From Octopus vulgaris (lineage: Eukaryota): a stretch of 64,000 bases of DNA. This document shows, piece after piece, positions 49,513-63,742 of the stretch. Position 1 is the first letter of the stretch, and every line of letters begins with the position of its first letter. A model generated the notes under the pieces. It was not told the origin of the DNA. It searched no databases and saw nothing but the letters and a program-made list of their open reading frames with translations. The stretch lies in assembly GCA_951406725.2 (NCBI GenBank), contig OX597817.1, positions 93,806,001 to 93,870,000 of the forward strand, written 5' to 3'. Both the position numbers and the translations under genes were made by a program.

Positions 49513-49745
49513 CATGTATATATACATATAGATGTAGGCACGTACATATAATGTATGTATGCATATATTTTATTTATTAAATTATTATATGACTGAGAAC
49601 CGTCGTCTCGTTTCTTTTCTTCAAGTAAGTTTTTATATATAATTATGACGCGAACTCTCTAACCCTTTACATGACCTTTCCTTCCTTCCAGTCTGTCTTC
49701 TTCGTTACCTGTCTCTCTCCTTTTTATTTTTCACCCTTTCTGGTT

Positions 49746-49782
<37 letters not shown>

Positions 49783-50237
49783 TCCTCATCTCTCTCACTG
49801 CTAAGTAGACTACTAACTTTCTTTTGCTCGCAGCAACACCGACTTTTTCTTGAGCTCCGAATTTTTCCATCGTCTAGGCTTTAAAAAAAAACCCTCAATG
49901 TTGGTTTCATTGTCCTGTTTTTATTCTTTATGTGTACTGTATTTTTATTTGTATTGCTTTTACATCCTGTTCTTGTCACTTTTTTTCTTTCCTTGTTTTA
50001 CCCCTCTGCAAAAGAATTTTATTTAATTCTTTTGCAGAAAGGATTGCTTCGACCGGATCGTGTTCTGTCCTTACCTTCGAAACACGCATTGAGTCTAACC
50101 AAGGACAGCTGAGGAAGGGGAATATTCCTTGTATTGTTTGTCTTGTACTTTTTTCGTTGTTAAAAAAAGTCCTTTCCTAGTTTGTTTTTATGTTTTCGTT
50201 TCTCGTTGTGTTCTACGTTTATTTGTGGTGTCCTGTA

Positions 50238-50293
<56 letters not shown>

Positions 50294-50416
50294 TGTATAT
50301 ATACATATAGATGTAGGTACGTACATATATGTATGTATGTATGCATATATTTTATTAATTAAATTATTATATGACTGAGCGCCCTCGCGTCGTTTCGTTT
50401 CTTTTCTCCAAGTAAG

Positions 50417-50419
<3 letters not shown>
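48990..50419. repeat. Inverted + direct repeat block: 48990-49160 is the reverse complement of 49391-49575; 49161-49630 is repeated at 49955-50419
   Basis: GAGTACAGGACACCACAAATAAACGTAGAACACAACGAGAAACGAA against its reverse complement, present twice downstream. Confidence 0.85.
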
Positions 50420-50479
<60 letters not shown>

Positions 50480-50834
50480 CATCAGCCAGGAGGCTCCCTA
50501 AACTCCAGGACGGAAGCTGTGATGAGTTGACCACATTTTCGGAAATTTTTGCTTCAAAATTGGAAAACCTACCTATCAAGCGAAGGAAGACTACTCGCCT
50601 GGCCATAATTTTTTCAGAGGAATATTTCTTCAACTATCATCGGCGTTCTTGTGTTTTTTTAAAAAAAAACATTGTTTGTAGAGAACACTTATCGTTTAGA
50701 GAAATTGAAGATATGTATAGTTCGCGGTAGATATGAATCCAATGCCTTTTTTCTAAAACTTACTTTACACACACACACACACATATAGGTATGTATGTAT
50801 ATACACATATACATACATAATACATAATACATAC

Positions 50835-50922
<88 letters not shown>

Positions 50923-51047
50923 ATATATATGTTATATTTCGGAATGGTCATTTTGCCAGTTTAGCCAATAAAATCACACGCACTATATATTTGGTGTTAC
51001 TTTGCTTCAGCGTTATTTATTTTTTACATTAATCTTAATCTTATTTC

Positions 51048-51092
51048 GGCCAGAGTTCTTTCGTCACACTCCTGTGACCGCATCAGTGGTCC
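51048..51092 (-). ncRNA. Degenerate minimal type I hammerhead ribozyme-like motif (Penelope-like)
   Basis: Minus strand GGACCA-CUGAUGCG-GUCACA(GGAG)UGUGAC-GAAA-GAA-CUC-UGGCC, with a 6-bp stem II and stem I pairing. The core has C in place of A9. Confidence 0.5.
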
Positions 51093-51293
51093 TTTGTTTT
51101 CTTCTTTCTTATTTGTGTCTCTCCTTACTAACCGTCAGCCATTTTGTATTTCTTTTGTATGTCTTCATTTGCGCATGCTTATATCTCTATGTGCGTCTAT
51201 GTTTATTTAGTGTGTGGGGGGGATGCCTCTAATATTTGTATCTTCTGTTTATATACGTTCATGTAATTTGTTTTTGTTGTTGTTGTTTTTGTT

Positions 51294-51369
<76 letters not shown>

Positions 51370-51372
51370 ACG

Positions 51373-52008
51373 AAAATAAGCAACACGATATCCTGAGGTG
51401 ATGCAGTACGATCGTTTCAAATGGCTCCATTTAACTGAACAATGCAATCATTATATCAATTTAAACACAAAGCTATCCTCAGTTGCATAAATAAATAGAT
51501 GTAATTTTTTAATCAGTCAGACACATTAATACAAGTTTACTTAAATACTCTAATAGAATAAGAAGACAAAGTCCATACTGCCACCGCTTCAGCTTAGAAT
51601 TTACTAGACATCACGAAAAAAATTGGGGGAGGGGGTCATAGCTTGTAACGGATTTTGGTTCAGTTTTAATTTATTAGTCTTGTTCATCAATTACCAAATT
51701 TAAGACTAGAGGATCGTGTCTGTTAGGAAAGGGCAGGAGAGAGTTGACAGAACATAGTGGGTATAGTAAAAAAACTTATTAAGATTCTCGATAAGTTTTA
51801 TGATCCCAACAAAATTTTTTCCTGGTGTCTAGTAAAGTCTAAGCTGAAGTGGTGGCAGCATGTCTTCTTACTCTATTAGAGTATTTAAGTAAAATTATAT
51901 TTAAGTAAAATTATATTAATATTGATATAAAGATTGCATTGTTCAATTAAATGGAGCCACTTGAAACGGTCGTATTGCATCACTTCTGGATATCCTGTTG
52001 CTTATTTT
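51373..52008. mobile_element. Foldback/MITE-like element with long imperfect terminal inverted repeats
   Basis: 51373-51460 pairs with 51920-52008 and 51530-51630 pairs with 51800-51900. No ORF. Confidence 0.75.
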
Positions 52009-52106
52009 GATTTTATTCACCTTATTTTGAGTTGTACGGATAATACCGCACTAATTTTTGGTGCTTGCACTTAGGTAACTAATTCAACTGAATCTCAAAT
52101 ATTTTG

Positions 52107-52153
<47 letters not shown>

Positions 52154-52195
52154 CATACATACATACATACATACATAATACACACACACACACAT

Positions 52196-52235
<40 letters not shown>

Positions 52236-52251
52236 CAGACATGTATACATG

Positions 52252-53978
<1,727 letters not shown>

Positions 53979-54006
53979 TATATATATATATATATATACA
54001 CACACA

Positions 54007-55202
54007 GAGACATACAGGAAGTAAATAAATACCTTTAATTTTCAAAAAATTTCTCATCTAAGCGTCTTAAAATGTTTTCAGCGGTATACCATGCCACGCA
54101 GAAAAAATTCAGCAGAACTGTCAGACTTTCAAAGAGGTCGTATTTTTGGGCAATCTGAGGCTGCACCTAGCCAGCGAAAAATTGCCGAAAATCTTCAAAT
54201 TCCTCATGCTACTGTTAATAGGATTATAGTGCAATTCAAAAGCCAAGGAAAAGAATCAACAGATTCTCCTCCCGGACGGCATGGGCCTTCGGAAAGGAAG
54301 CTTCGCTGTTTGAAGAGAATTGAGGAAAACGAACCCCGTTTGAAGGCTTCTGGCATTGCAAAACGGCTAGAAATTAGTCCAAGAATGTGTGTTGCATATC
54401 TGCATAAGCTTGGGTATTATGGACGAGCAGCTAGACGAAAACCTCTCCTTCAACCAATTAATTTCATGAAAAGAAAGAAATGGGCTAAGGAGATGTCAGA
54501 AAAATCCAATTCAGTTTAGGATAGAGTGATTTTCTCAGATGAATCCAGATTTGCATTATTTTCAGACAGTGGATATGTTTGGGTCTGGAGGCTTCCCAAA
54601 CAAGAATTTTAATTGAAACGACTCCAACCAACTGTGAAACATAGCGGTATCTCTTTAATGGTAAAGGAAACAGTCACCAGCAATGGTCGTTGTCAGCTGG
54701 TCGAATGTGTTGAAACCATGAACTCTGAAAAATACATCGAAATACTTAAGCAAGGATTACTTCCGATGTATTCACACGATAACATAATAAAAAATAAGTT
54801 TTTATTCATGGAAGATGGGGCTCTATGCCACATATCGAAACGAAATCACCAATGGCTGAATGAAAATGGGATCAAAAAGCTTCCTTGGCCGAGCCAATCT
54901 CCTGACATGGACCTAATTGAAAATCTTTGGAGAATACTAGATAGAGCTATACGAAAAACTCGACAGAAACCTAAATCTAAAGATGAATTGTTTCGATTGT
55001 TGCATGAAAGGTGGGTAGAAATTCCACAAAGCTCATGAGTTCAATGCCAAAAAGAGTTTCTGAATTAAAAACTGCAAAGGGAATGTCAACTAAATGCTAA
55101 AGTATGTTGTCCTACCTATCGATTACATTTCAATTGTTCGCTTTGCGTATTAAATAAAAGATTTTAAAAATTATAGGTGTCTATTTACTTCTTGCATGTC
55201 TG
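54007..55202 (+). mobile_element. Second Tc1 element with short degenerate TIRs
   Basis: Left GACATACAGGAAGTAAATAAATACCT is an imperfect inverted match to right AGGTGTCTATTTACTTCTTGCATGTC. Confidence 0.8.
54091..55099 (+). pseudogene. Tc1 transposase pseudogene
   Basis: [28 protein letters not shown] and WPSQSPDMDLIENLW. In-frame stops at ~54519 and ~54612. Confidence 0.9.
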
Positions 55203-55525
55203 TGCATATATGAATAAGATTTAAGGTGAAAAAGTACAGAAATCTTGTTTGTGTTGATAAAGGTTATTACAATATGTAAAGAGTCGACAGGTTTCGCTAA
55301 TCACGACTCAATGTTATGAAATCATAAGTTTTTGATTTAATTTTGCGTAGAAGCAGGTATTATACAATTATGCAGTTATACAGAAGAGTAGAGCCCAAGG
55401 GGAGATAATCAGTGAATATAATGTTTTTACCTAAAGAGTTAATCAGTGGATATAATATGTCTTAGCTAGGGGGAGGTAAATCTTTTTTCCTTTTTTTCTG
55501 TTTTTTTTTTTATATGTGAAGTTCA

Positions 55526-55610
55526 CTATATATTCATGTTAAGTTCTGGTTTGTATTTTTCAATAAATGTAGGCTCTTTATTTAGTCGTTTTGAGTCCTT
55601 TCCATGCATT
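55526..55610 (-). pseudogene. Possible GIY-YIG endonuclease C-terminal remnant (Penelope-like element)
   Basis: RLNKEPTFIEKYKPELN resembles the terminal E..I....P.LN motif of PLE GIY-YIG domains. The match is very short. Confidence 0.4.
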
Positions 55611-55786
55611 GACATAGTAGGAATATTGTGAATTGTGGTTGACGTTTTATATATTGATAGATAAATAGAGAGATAGACAGATATGTACATAGATAGACAG
55701 ATACATCGGTGGATAGATAGATGGATAGATACACACACACATATGTACTTAGTAGCTTGCACTATATATACGTGTATATCTATATC

Positions 55787-56023
<237 letters not shown>

Positions 56024-56159
56024 ATTAGAGAAAGTGAGAGAAAGATGAGAGAGTGTGTGTGTTTGTGTGTATGTACTTACGTATATACAGTATTTCTGTA
56101 TTTTCTTATTTTACAGCTCTCATTTTTGGTGGGTATTCCAGGAGTAATATTACATTTCC

Positions 56160-56825
56160 AGACTACAAGGAAGCTTGCAAATTCGCAAGGGAACTTGGCA
56201 TTAACCCTGAATTAGATGAAGAACCTGAAACTACTACTACCAAACAAGTAAAAAGGATCAAGCAGACTGCAAAAAAGAATGGGTAGAAACAAATTGAGGA
56301 CCAGTGGAGCCTGAAGCCCCAACACGGACAGTATATTCTTTGAAGTCGAAATGCTGATGTAGACCAAGCAACAACCCATCAGTGACTGAAAAGCTTAAGA
56401 CTGAAAGCAGAGACTGAAGGTTTCATATTGGCGGCATCAGTTCAAAGCTTGCTTATTAGAAACTTCCAGGCTAACATACTTCCTCACATTTAATTTAATT
56501 TATAAAACTTTTCTCTTACTTTTCCCGGTCTCTTTTTAGCATTCTGGTCCGAATCCGAAGAATCTGCAAGGCATTTACTTAATTCCAATTTCCGTAGCAT
56601 TAAGTAGATGAGAATCAAATATTCCTGGCCAGAGCGAATAGGTGCCAGATATTCTGGGAAATGCTGGGAGAGCAGCAGACTAATTTCCTCTTGTGTGCCA
56701 ATCCTTTTTGAATCCGGATCTAAGTATCACCTTTATTATTAGACCTCGTGGTACGTTTGTCCCAGTCCTACATTCATTTACATAGGCTAATAAACTCCCT
56801 TCCAAACTCTCTTTCTTTCTTTCTC

Positions 56826-56865
<40 letters not shown>

Positions 56866-57013
56866 TATTTCTTTCTCCCTCCCCGACCTATGCAAACACA
56901 TACACACATACACTCATGAATCCCTACTCCTCTCTGTCTGTCTGTCTGTCTGTCTCTCTCTCACATATAAATACTTGTATACATTTACACAGACTTACCA
57001 ATTCTCTCTCCTA

Positions 57014-57066
<53 letters not shown>

Positions 57067-58432
57067 ATACACACACTCACACACAAACATTCGTTCGCAT
57101 ATACGTACATGAAATTTTTAAAAATAATATATTCGCACGTGCACATGTCAATTTGAACACTTATGCATACTCACACACATATCTTCAATCATTAAAAAAA
57201 TTATCTTTTTCTCAATCCTTTGGCTGCAGCCATGCTGGATTCGGAGTTGAAGGGTTTTAGTCGAAGGAATAGACTCCAGTGCTTATTTATTTTTTAAAAG
57301 TCTGATACTTATTCCATTGGTCTCTGTTGCTGAATCACTAAGTTTCGGAGACGTATGTATGTATGTATGTATGTATGTATGTATGTATGTATGTATGTAT
57401 GTATGTATGTATGTATGTATGTATGTATGTGCATATACGTATTGATAGATATGTACCAATCATATGATAACTTTACATTATATTTCAGATTGAGCCTCCC
57501 TACTCCATCTAAACAAACAGGTACAAAACTATATGCACTTATTTTTTGAAAGCTTCACAATTTCCCAAGAGCAAAGCATTACACAACTTTACATTTAGCT
57601 TTACTTTAAATATACATGTGTCTCTTTCTATATACTAAGCTGGTAATCTACTATTAAACTGGCGCAAAAATCAACAACCCATCAGTGACTGAAAAGCTTA
57701 AGACTGAAAGCAGAGACTGAAGGTTTCCTATTGGCAGCATAATATCAAAGATTGCTTATCAGAAATCTCCAGGCTAATATACTTCTAAACGGTTCTGACC
57801 TTAAATGCAGATTCTGCAACACATTTGACGAAACAATAGACCATCACGTTTCGGGATATCCTGAGATGACACCGAACGAATACAAAACTCACAACGATAG
57901 GGTAGGGCAGTATTTACATTGGAAAATATGTAAACACTACAAAATCGGCATTCCTGCTTACTGGTATGAACATCATCCTGAGCCAGTCGCTGAAGATAAA
58001 AATGTCGCTATCTTCTGGAATTTCCCAGTCAACACCAACAGTCAACATCCAGGTTAATCGGCCAGACATAGTTATTAAAGACAGGGAAGAAAATACTTGC
58101 AGACTAATAGATGTAAGTGTTCCCACAGATAAAAATATATCTGTAAAGGAATTTGACAAATTAAGTAAATATAAGGACCTGGAAATTGAAATACAAAAGA
58201 TGTGGCATCTTAAAGCAAGAAATGTTCCTGTTATTGTAGGCGCCCTACGTATGATAAAAAAGAGGAATGTCAGATACATCTAGACAACATCCCAGGAGAA
58301 CCATGTCTCAGAGAAATCCAAAAGATTGTGCTGACAAGTACTACCCATTTCCTTACAAAAACCCTATCAATTTAAATGTCTGTGTTGTATTACATGAACA
58401 TATTTCGCAACTGCTTCTGCCACTTCCCCTCC
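56160..58432 (+). mobile_element. R4/Dong 3' portion in two pieces (56160-56482 and 57672-58432); remainder of 3' UTR at 60366-60472
   Basis: LKAETEGF, CRFCNTFDETIDH, HNDRVGQYLHW and NRPDIVI..IDVSVP..KLSKYKDLEIE. Confidence 0.85.
57215..57355 (-). mobile_element. SINE body/tail fragment
   Basis: Minus strand TACGTCTCCGAAACTTAG...CGACTAAAACCC...CCAGCATGGCTGCAG resembles a recurrent octopus SINE body. Recalled, not searched. Confidence 0.5.
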
Positions 58433-58689
58433 TGTTATATCCTTATGGATAAACGAATACACTGCAACAATGTAATAACAATATTATCGAAAAAGACGGC
58501 AGTAACCACATGGAACGTAACAACAATCTTTTAAAAACCAACAATCCAACACGCTAACTCGAAATGTAAACTTTGAACTCCAGCTTTGAACTATCATCAC
58601 ACGAACTATGGAACTAGAACGTTGATTTTATTCAAACCACAAGGGTTATAGAAAGAAGGGGCAATACACGGGACAAATGGGGTCGGGGA

Positions 58690-60235
58690 CTTATCGAATG
58701 ATATTACCAAAAAAAGTGAACCTAGGAAATATTTCGTCAACAAACGGAGACCACACCCGTTCAAAGTTCAGGTAGAGCCAGAGATGACTCAACCTCAGCG
58801 CATGCCTTCGCATCTTTAGCCACAACACCCTAACCCACCCTTTAGCAGCTGTTGGTAGTAGATAGAGCGCCTTACAAGAGGCCACCTACCCTCCCACAAG
58901 AAGTGAAAGAGCATGCGTTACAACTTGTTTAGCCACGAATCGGGGCACGGCACGACGGTTAGGCGATAGCTAATGGCAGATGTGATAAACACATTTGCCC
59001 CCTCCGCCCTCCCTATCAGGGATAGCCTCTGCCCAGACCAGGTCTGAGTTATGGACGTAACCTCGCTCCAATTCATCTTCATCTGGAGGTCTGGACCAAA
59101 CCACACTCCAAGCATTCTCACCGGACCCTCTGTCCAGAGTCCGACATGGATGGCATCGACTTGCCTCGCCAGGTACCGAGCTGCAAGCCGACCAACTTAT
59201 CCCGGTTAATTCTAGCTCCTGCCACCGCTCCGTAATCCTTTAGGGCCTCACCTAGCCTCTGTAGGTCCTGGTCCCTGGATACGATGACAGTGACATCGAC
59301 CGTATATGCTGTGACTGACTTTCCATATCCTAGATCTTGTGGGTCCCCACTCATCGCCTCCAATCTTCGCAGTTGTGTCTCGAGAGCCAATATATACAGC
59401 AAAGACTGCACAAACCTGACGAACTGAACGTTCGATATTGAACGGTTCCGAAAAGAAACAGTTTACCCAAACTACCGACTTAATGTTGCTATATAAAGCG
59501 TTGATTCAGCCGTGGAATGTCGGGCAAACACCGGCCGCCTCGAGGACCTCCGCCAGATACCGATGGTCTACCCTATCAAAGGCTTTCGATTGGTCTAAGT
59601 GGACCAGCGCCCTACTCTTGCCAGGAATCCTATTTACTCTTTCTAAGGTATAGCGTATAAGGTGGAGATTATCGTGTATGGTCCTGCCGGGGATGGCGCA
59701 GGTTTGTACCTACCCGACGATACAATCCATGACTTTCACCAACCTTTTTGCTAAAACCTTGGCCAGAATCTTCAACTCTGCGTTAAGTAGAGTGATAGGC
59801 CTAAAGTTGTCAATTACGCCCCCCTTGTTTGGGTCCTTTCTGATCAGTACCACCACTCCCTGGCTCACAGGCGCAGGAATACTCCCGTTCCGCTGCCAGT
59901 TATTGAAGACACAGGCCAGTAAGTGCCCAAACAAGTCTGGCATAGTATAGTACAAGTCATAGGGGAGACCATCGCGACCTAGTGACCTGTTCCCACTGCA
60001 CTTCGATAATGCCTCCTCCACTTTCGCAGCTGTGAGCGGCCCTTCACAGCACTCCGCATCCCTCCCCGAGAGGCGTGGTATACCGGCAAGGAAGTCCGTG
60101 AAGTCCTTCCTACGCTCCGGCACCTTGCCCCCACCCCGAAACAGTCCTGCGAAATGCTCGTGTAAAGCCGTACACATTTCCTCGGTTTCAAGTTACCGTT
60201 CCCCTGTTGGTTTGTCAAAGATCTTAATGTGGCAT
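58690..60235 (-). mobile_element. Decayed internal fragment of a Tx1 ORF2 (related family)
   Basis: DGLPYDLY, NFRPITLLNAELKILAKVLAKRL, DQSKAFDRVDHRYL, GLQLGTWRGK, GVWFGPDLQ and YRLTVVPCPD are shared with the array ORF2. Confidence 0.9.
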
Positions 60236-60502
60236 TAATGCCACGTTGAGACTCTACAACGCGAGCTCATCCGGCAAAATTCCTCACTTACTCAGACCGC
60301 TACTATTTATATGTAGTGGTCCAGTCCATTCTCGTCAGGGTGTGTCGTACTCTCGCACAACAACACCCCAAGCTTTCAGTCATACTGTAACATCTCTTAT
60401 CTTTTACTCGCCCTAGGATGCTGTGTGTTTCACGGCAAGTGATTGTAACACACATGCAGATTAAAAGTAAATAACAATAATGATAATAACTTTTTTATTT
60501 TA

Positions 60503-60690
60503 GTACAAATTCGCAATTTTGAGGGGAAGAGAAAGTCGATTACCTGTTCAACTGGTACATATTTTAAAAGTTCAAAAGCGTGAAAGTAAAAGTTGACCTC
60601 GTCGGGATTAGAAATCAAAACGTAATGAGTCAGAAAAAAAAACTGTAAGGTATTTTCTCTGACGCTCTAATGATCTGCTAATCCACAGCC
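60503..60690 (-). mobile_element. Degenerate tRNA-derived SINE
   Basis: Minus strand GGCTGTGGATTAGCAGATCATTAGAGCGTC...TACGTTTTGATTTCTAATCCCGACGAGGTCAACTTT resembles a SINE head and core. Confidence 0.5.
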
Positions 60691-60985
60691 TTCATCATTT
60701 TATTTTTTTACTTTGTTACTAGGCAGCATTGATGAAGGAGACATTACAAGCGGTGGTAGGGCAGAACGTGGAATCGATTGTGAGAGAAAAAGCCTTTCAG
60801 GATTAATACATTAACGGAACGTAAATGAAAACCTTTCTCTTTTCTCTCTTTATTTTCCCCCCACCTCTTTCTCTTTTCTAATGTAACATTTAAATTTGCT
60901 GCTGTCTCTCTCTTTTCTTCCAGAAATTCTTAACGAGCCCTAAGAGCATATTTCTTCTATTCCTTTTTTACATTGTATTTTATTA

Positions 60986-61829
60986 CTAGCAGAATTGCCC
61001 GGCGTTGCTCGGGGCTGAATTGCTTGAAAGTACTGTTAATGATTGCACTGAATTATGATGATTATTCAGGCAAATATTGATATAAGTTTACGGTGGGAGA
61101 TAAGGACTTAACGATCAAACGTGTGCCATTGCATTGTTTTGGGGGAACCAAATTTCTGATGAGCATTATAGGGGCACCAACTTTAAGTTTGAGAAAGTGT
61201 GGTGGTAGTCCGGGGTGCTCAAAGGAATTGAGTACCTCTATTGGATAGTTGATGACGTCCTCTGGGTCAGGAGTTGTATCGATAGACTGATATACATAGA
61301 CTTCCCCAGGAATGAGTTTTAGCATTTCATCATTAATATGGTGAACAGTTTTATTCCTCGGGGCCAGTATAGCCTTTTTGCCAATCCAATCCATATTCTG
61401 ATAATTAGCTTGTAGATCTGGGAACACTGCATCTCTGAGATCAGAAGGCGTCTTAACAATGGTACAAATGGAATCGATGGCAATATTACCATTTTCATCC
61501 CCTGGTATTTTGCCTTCGCCAAGTGCAAGGAGGGTGTGAGGAAATGCTGCTGATGTGATATTACGTCGCATATGAGCACGCATATTGGTGTGAAGTTTGA
61601 GAGTTACTTCCCTTTATTAAAAAAAATATGCATTAAAATGGAAAAAATGATGGTAAATTATTTGTAAAATCGTAGACTCATCGTAGACGCGCGCTAATAC
61701 CCAGAAGGGCTCGATATGAATCACGACTATAAGATACCCGGTTTTGGTTAAACTGCATCGCAAAATGTGGGAGTAGTTAGGAATCTAAATCGGAGTAGAC
61801 AGACACACAACCTTTCTTTTATATATAAA
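60986..61829 (-). mobile_element. Non-autonomous Helitron carrying a PIF1-helicase fragment
   Basis: Minus-strand 3' end CCCGAGCAACGCCGGG hairpin + CTAG. 5' end resembles TC-TATATAAAAG. Internal helicase piece present. Confidence 0.85.
61062..61600 (-). pseudogene. PIF1-family helicase fragment (Helitron RepHel)
   Basis: LHTNMRA, AILAPRN..V..IN, YPIEVLNS..PGLPPH.LKLKVGAPIMLIRNL and CNGTRL. Confidence 0.92.
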
Positions 61830-61830
61830 T

Positions 61831-62513
61831 ATTTTCGTCCTAAAAAACTTTGTATGGATTGAATGGTTACCTCTATGGAAATATATACACGCACATTATA
61901 CATACATGTGTGTATAGATGAATATATAAATACATTTAAATATCTATATACACTTTTGGGCGATCTTTCTGTTTCTTAGAGATAACTTTAGATCTTATTT
62001 TCGTCCTAAAAAACTTTGTATGGAGTGAATGGTTACCTCTATGGAAATATATACACACACGTTATACATACATGTGTGCATAGATGAATATATAAATGCA
62101 TTTATATATCTATATACACTTTTGGGCGATATTTGTGCTACTTAGAGATGACTTTAGATCTAATTTTCGCCCTAAAAAACTTTGTGCGGAGTGAATGGTT
62201 ACGTCTATGGGAATATACACACACACATTATACATACATCTGTGTATAGATGAATATATAAATACATTTAAATATCTATATACACTTTTGGGTGATCTTT
62301 CTGCTACTTGGATATACTTTAGATCTTATATTCGTCCTAAAAAACTTTGTATGGAGTGAAAGGTTACCTCTATGGAAATATATACACACACATTATACAT
62401 ACATCTGTGTATAGATGAATATATAAATACGTTTAAATATCTATATACACTTTTGTGCGATCTTTCTGCTACTTGGATATACTTTAGATCTTATATTCGT
62501 CCTAAAAAACTTT
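61831..62513. repeat. Tandem repeat, ~4.1 copies of a 165-166-bp unit
   Basis: TTCG(T/C)CCTAAAAAACTTT recurs at 61834, 62000, 62166, 62331 and 62496. Confidence 0.95.
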
Positions 62514-62531
62514 CCTGTCACACACTCACAC

Positions 62532-62567
<36 letters not shown>

Positions 62568-63236
62568 CCTCACTCACACACACGCACACACACACACACA
62601 CGTTAGCTTACAATTTTATTTATATATTTGCGTGTCTATGTGTGTAAAGAGGAAGTGGGAATGCAGAGTGAAAGAGTGAAATGGTAAAATATTTAGTTTT
62701 CTCGAATTTTTTCTGAAATGGTGGTGAAATTGAAAGAAATTTTGTATGCCATGACCGAATGGAAGTACTTTGAAAAATCATAGGTAAACTCTAATTGAAG
62801 AAATTGTGTGAGGAGTAAATCGTTATGTATTTATTTGTTTCTGTTTGCTGTGTTGTTTTTTTTTGAGTAGTGGTTTAAGGTCCACTTCTCTCGTTTTATA
62901 TAAATACTTTCACTTTAATCGTTGCACACTTGCAAAAAGAAAGGAGGAGAAATTAGGGTGATAGCATGAGTGAAGCATTTCGCTCCGTTTTTGTGTGTGT
63001 GCGTGTGTGTGTGCTGTAGCCCACACTAAGAAAAGCACTTCACTTACACACCACAATGTGAGTTTTCTCGAAATTTTGCTTAATTGGGGTTGAAATTTGA
63101 AAAACTGGACCTGGCACGACCCGATGTATTCTACTCTTAAAAATGCTAGGTAAATTGTAATTGAAGAAATCCTATATTGTAGATTTCTATAAGAGACAAA
63201 GGGAGGCAGATAAAATCTGCCTTTTATAATAAGAGA

Positions 63237-63594
63237 CTAGCAGTATCGCCCGGCGTTGCTCGGGTTTGTTTCGACCCGCTGGAATTGTAATTTTGAAAAG
63301 TAAAAATTTTGTGAACATTTTTCTGGTCGAAATACACCGAAAAGTGGCGACACAGCAGTGAAAAAATCGTAAAAAATAGGGATTTTCATAGAAAAAAGCA
63401 ACTTTTTGATGTAAATAATTTTTGGTGTTAACATGGTCCGATTTGAATTTTATGTTCTACGGAAGGAAGAGCAACCCTTCTTCTATCATACTCTCAATTT
63501 TGGTCAACTTGCGCCGCAGGGTCTCGGAGGAGATAGTGTTAGTTGAAGGTTACCAAACGTGGCGCACACAGACAACTTCAGCTTTATATAGAGA
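63237..63594 (-). mobile_element. Short non-autonomous Helitron
   Basis: Minus strand begins TCTCTATATAAAG and ends CCCGAGCAACGCCGGGCGATACTGCTAG. Confidence 0.8.
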
Positions 63595-63702
63595 TAACAC
63601 ACACTCATTAATACACATACATAGACACACACACACACATGTATGTATGGATGTATATATGTACATCTGTCCACTTCTTGCAATATTTTTATCATTCACT
63701 TC

Positions 63703-63742
<40 letters not shown>

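Noticed and set aside
61062-61583. Host PIF1 gene exon
   Set aside because: Enclosed by Helitron termini and truncated on both sides, so it is a RepHel remnant.
61831-62513. Regularly spaced repeats as a CRISPR array
   Set aside because: The whole 166-bp unit repeats with no unique spacers; eukaryotic context and no cas genes.
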